Shown here piece by piece: positions 61,101 through 64,000 of a stretch of 64,000 nucleotides of DNA. The stretch comes from a virus. Each line of letters begins with the position of its first letter. The first letter of the stretch is position 1. The stretch is from the IMG/VR virus record IMGVR_UViG_3300013306_000001, positions 26,096 to 90,095 of that record; one strand, written 5' to 3'. Below the pieces are notes generated by a model, which was given only the letters and a program-made list of their open reading frames with translations, was not told the DNA's origin and did no database searches. A program made the position numbers and the translations under genes.

Positions 61101-62463
61101 TTAGCCGGTATTGGTCATGATGAACTACATGAACAGATTAGGGAACAAGTGAAAACTGAATTACTGGAGAAACTGAAATGAAACAGCCAAAGAAATCAGC
61201 CACTGTATCCGTCAAAGTATCTCAACAACAAATCCTAGACGCACAGAAATGGCTACAGTTTGTAGCCCATTGCCAAATCGCATGGGAAGAGCTTTCACCA
61301 GATTGGCAAGAGTTTTACTTTGCTATGGGAACGACAGAATGTACTTCTGATGAACTGAACAGCCTTATTACAATTGCTATTGAAGGAGAGGAGGAATGAA
61401 TTTTAATGACTGGTGGCTATCCTTATCAGAAGGTAGACGATCCGTGTTAGTTCAAGACAAATGGATGCTTGCCAACGCAGCTTTTGAGGCAGCCATACAC
61501 TTAGCTAAACCCTTGGCTGAGATTAAATTTGTTGATTACCCCTCTCAAGCTGGAACTAACTACTGGACAGTTTGCAATACAGGAGCTACAGTTATCTTAA
61601 AAACAAAAGAAGAAGCTGTGGAATGGGCTATCAAATCGGGTATGAGGGTTGAATAGATGATCATGTCAAATTCACTTACAGATATGGAAGAAATGGATAT
61701 AGCAGCCCATGCTCTGGAATGTAAAACTAAGAACTGGCAAAAAGCGTTACCTTCTTACAGAGTCAAAAGGATTATCGATGCATTGAGTAATTCAGGAATC
61801 AAAATTGAGTTATATACTGCTGATTTTAACTGTCTTATTGATTATCTTGAGGATTAACCATGAACATCCTACAATTACGTGACACACTCCGCCAAGCAGA
61901 GAAAGCTTACACTAAAGCTAAAACTAGCTTGGACGGGAGTATAGAACTAATCCAAGCAAAGTCAGCTTTGAAAGATGCAAGGTTTAATTATGCGGAGGCT
62001 GCTATGGATTATGTTGAGGAGATGATAGTGATGGGAGAATTGAAATGAGTAAAGCTAAACCTACATCGGTTTATGTGATTCGCCAGCTCTCAACAGGAAC
62101 TCTTGTTAAGTTTGGTACAAAGTGTGGCTCGAGTTCACAAGGTGCCGCTAAAGCAGCATTTTGTCTACATATGAAGTACCTCTACCGAGATGTTATTTAT
62201 GATACTGGAGTTGGTGTGTTTGATGAACAAAATGAATTTGTAATTGAAGAAATCTCCTAGAGAATAAAACCATGAAACTCCTAAAAGATATAACAACAAT
62301 ATTCATTATTCTATTCACATCTATCATAGCCTTGGGAGCAATTGTTGTTCTCTTTAAGGCTATCTTCGTTTCAATAGCTAATTTATTTGTGTGTATTGTG
62401 CTTGTGTTGGTGGTGAGTGTGGTGTATTCTCTTGGAAGGTTGATTGTTAAGGAATATAAATAG
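58194..62463 (+). other. array of about 20 small hypothetical early CDS
   Basis: Overlapping ATGA/TAATG junctions; SD motifs. Confidence 0.65.
60913..60941 (+). promoter_or_regulatory. sigma70-like promoter
   Basis: TTGACA-17 nt-TAAGCT. Confidence 0.65.
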
Positions 62464-62469
62464 GAGTTT

Positions 62470-62826
62470 GTGATGAGCTTAGAATATTGTGTGGAGAAAG
62501 CGTGTGAGATGCCTTTTATTCGTGACCAAAAGAGGTTATTTGCGGCAGTTTTAGATAAGAGAAACCGCGTAGTCTCAGAAGGCAGCAATAGCTACACGAA
62601 AACTTCTAGTCGTCAATACCATGCTGCAAAACGCGTAGGTATGCCTCAGAAGGTTTGTCTTCATGCCGAAGCTGTAGCATTGTTTAAATCAAAAGGTAAG
62701 GGTTGTAAATTAATTGTTGCCAGAGTCGATAGCAAGGGCGTACCATGTATGTCAAAGCCGTGTGATGTCTGTATGGAATTGATTAGGTTGCATGGTGGGA
62801 TCAGGTCTATTGAATTTACAGCTTAA
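62470..62826 (+). CDS. cytidine/dCMP deaminase-fold protein
   Basis: HAE...PCxxC zinc motif. Confidence 0.8.
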   Translation: MMSLEYCVEKACEMPFIRDQKRLFAAVLDKRNRVVSEGSNSYTKTSSRQYHAAKRVGMPQKVCLHAEAVALFKSKGKGCKLIVARVDSKGVPCMSKPCDVCMELIRLHGGIRSIEFTA

Positions 62827-62837
62827 GGAGAGATAGA

Positions 62838-63739
62838 ATGAACACTTGCACAAAAGAATTCTTATTGGAGTTTTCAAAGCTTATGGAAAAGTATTCAGTT
62901 AAAATTCAACTTGAAGGCGATTCCTACTATGGTGGTGAATACATGGACCTATCCGTTGAAAATCCAGTCACTTTTGACGAACATTTTGTGCAATGGGTTA
63001 TCGATAACCCAGAAAAAGAATATCCTTGGGAAGAAAACTTGTATTCTTCGCTTGACCTTATTAATATGGGCTCTTACCTAGACAAAGAAAAAGTAATTGG
63101 GTTAATCAAATGACTCCCCTACAATCCTTAAAACAAATCCTCCAAGAACATCTAGAAGTGTGTCAAGAGAACGACGCTTATAGCGCTGCTATTGAAGATG
63201 CCATGTATGGAACTGATCTTAGTGAGATTGGTATTGTAGAGTGGTGTAGTCACTGGCTAACCGAGGTAAGAACTATTTCAGATACTGATGTTGATTACCT
63301 TCGTGGTGTTCAGTTTGTGAATTATCAGTGGAATATTATTAAGGAGAAAGAAGATGAATACTGAATTGAGTATGATGGTTGATTTGGATAATCTCGCAGT
63401 GGCTCTGTCTCGATTGCCGAATGAAGATATCATCAACCTATTTAAAGCTGTAGACGATATGGTTTGTGATTATGATTTTACAGATCAATTGGCAAAGACA
63501 TTTCAGGCTGTAATTAATAATGAGGATTTACCCCGTTGAAGCACACATTCGCTAGCTCCATCCTATCCAAACTAAAAGACAGCGGCTTCACTGTCCACAA
63601 AGATTTGAAAGAGAATCAGTGGGGAATCTATGATACGAATGTTTGTCAACATTCTCCAGATAGCAATTCTCTATTGATTCGTTCACGTTCATTAGGGGAT
63701 CTTATGCGACAGTCGGCTAAAGAGTTTGGATTAAAGTGA
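62838..63739 (+). other. four small hypothetical CDS
   Basis: 62838-63113, 63110-63364, 63354-63539, 63536-63739. Confidence 0.6.
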
Positions 63740-63758
63740 AAATAAAAAGGTAGGTATT

Positions 63759-64000
63759 ATGGAAAAGAAGCTTATATATGGTTGTTGTATAAACGACTCT
63801 GTTGGTGAGGTTTCTCACAGAGTAAACGGTAAACAAATTACAGACAGGATTTTTGCTACATGGCGTAGTATGATTCAAAGAGCTTACGATCCAAAACTAC
63901 ACGAGAAATTTCCAACTTATGTGGGATGTAGTGTTCATGAACATTGGAGACGCTTCTCAAAATTCAAGCTATGGATGGAAAATCAAAATTATGTAAACCT
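63759..64000 (+). CDS. HNH-like homing endonuclease (GIND family paralog), truncated by the window end
   Basis: KKLIYGCCIND...WRSMIQRAY...FPTYVGCSV...WRRFSKFKLW. Confidence 0.7.
   Translation, partial: MEKKLIYGCCINDSVGEVSHRVNGKQITDRIFATWRSMIQRAYDPKLHEKFPTYVGCSVHEHWRRFSKFKLWMENQNYVN

Noticed and set aside
1-64000. Prophage or temperate functions
   Set aside because: No integrase, repressor or host flanking genes were recognised in the window.

Overview
A 64-kb segment of a lytic, AT-rich myovirus genome with the gene order of Felixounavirus/Pakpunavirus-type phages. Spanins indicate a Gram-negative host, and Pseudomonas is only a guess. Plus strand 1-30.6 kb: a structured non-coding RNA/tRNA island, a fibre gene, a terminase large subunit split by a 228-nt group I intron, head, contractile tail, baseplate, tail fibre and lysis genes. 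Minus strand 30.7-54.8 kb: nucleotide metabolism and replication (class II RNR, ThyX, dUTPase, exonuclease, SSB, family A polymerase, primase-helicase). Plus strand 55-64 kb: many small early-type genes. About 11 free-standing homing-endonuclease-like genes are interspersed. The strongest candidate for an undescribed system is the non-coding island at about 400-1130 and 1550-1790. It holds tandem hairpins whose loops display anti-Shine-Dalgarno sequences complementary to the ribosome-binding sites of the phage's own early/middle genes, next to two architecturally aberrant CCA-ending tRNA-like RNAs. All protein calls come from motif recognition and synteny by eye; no database search was run.
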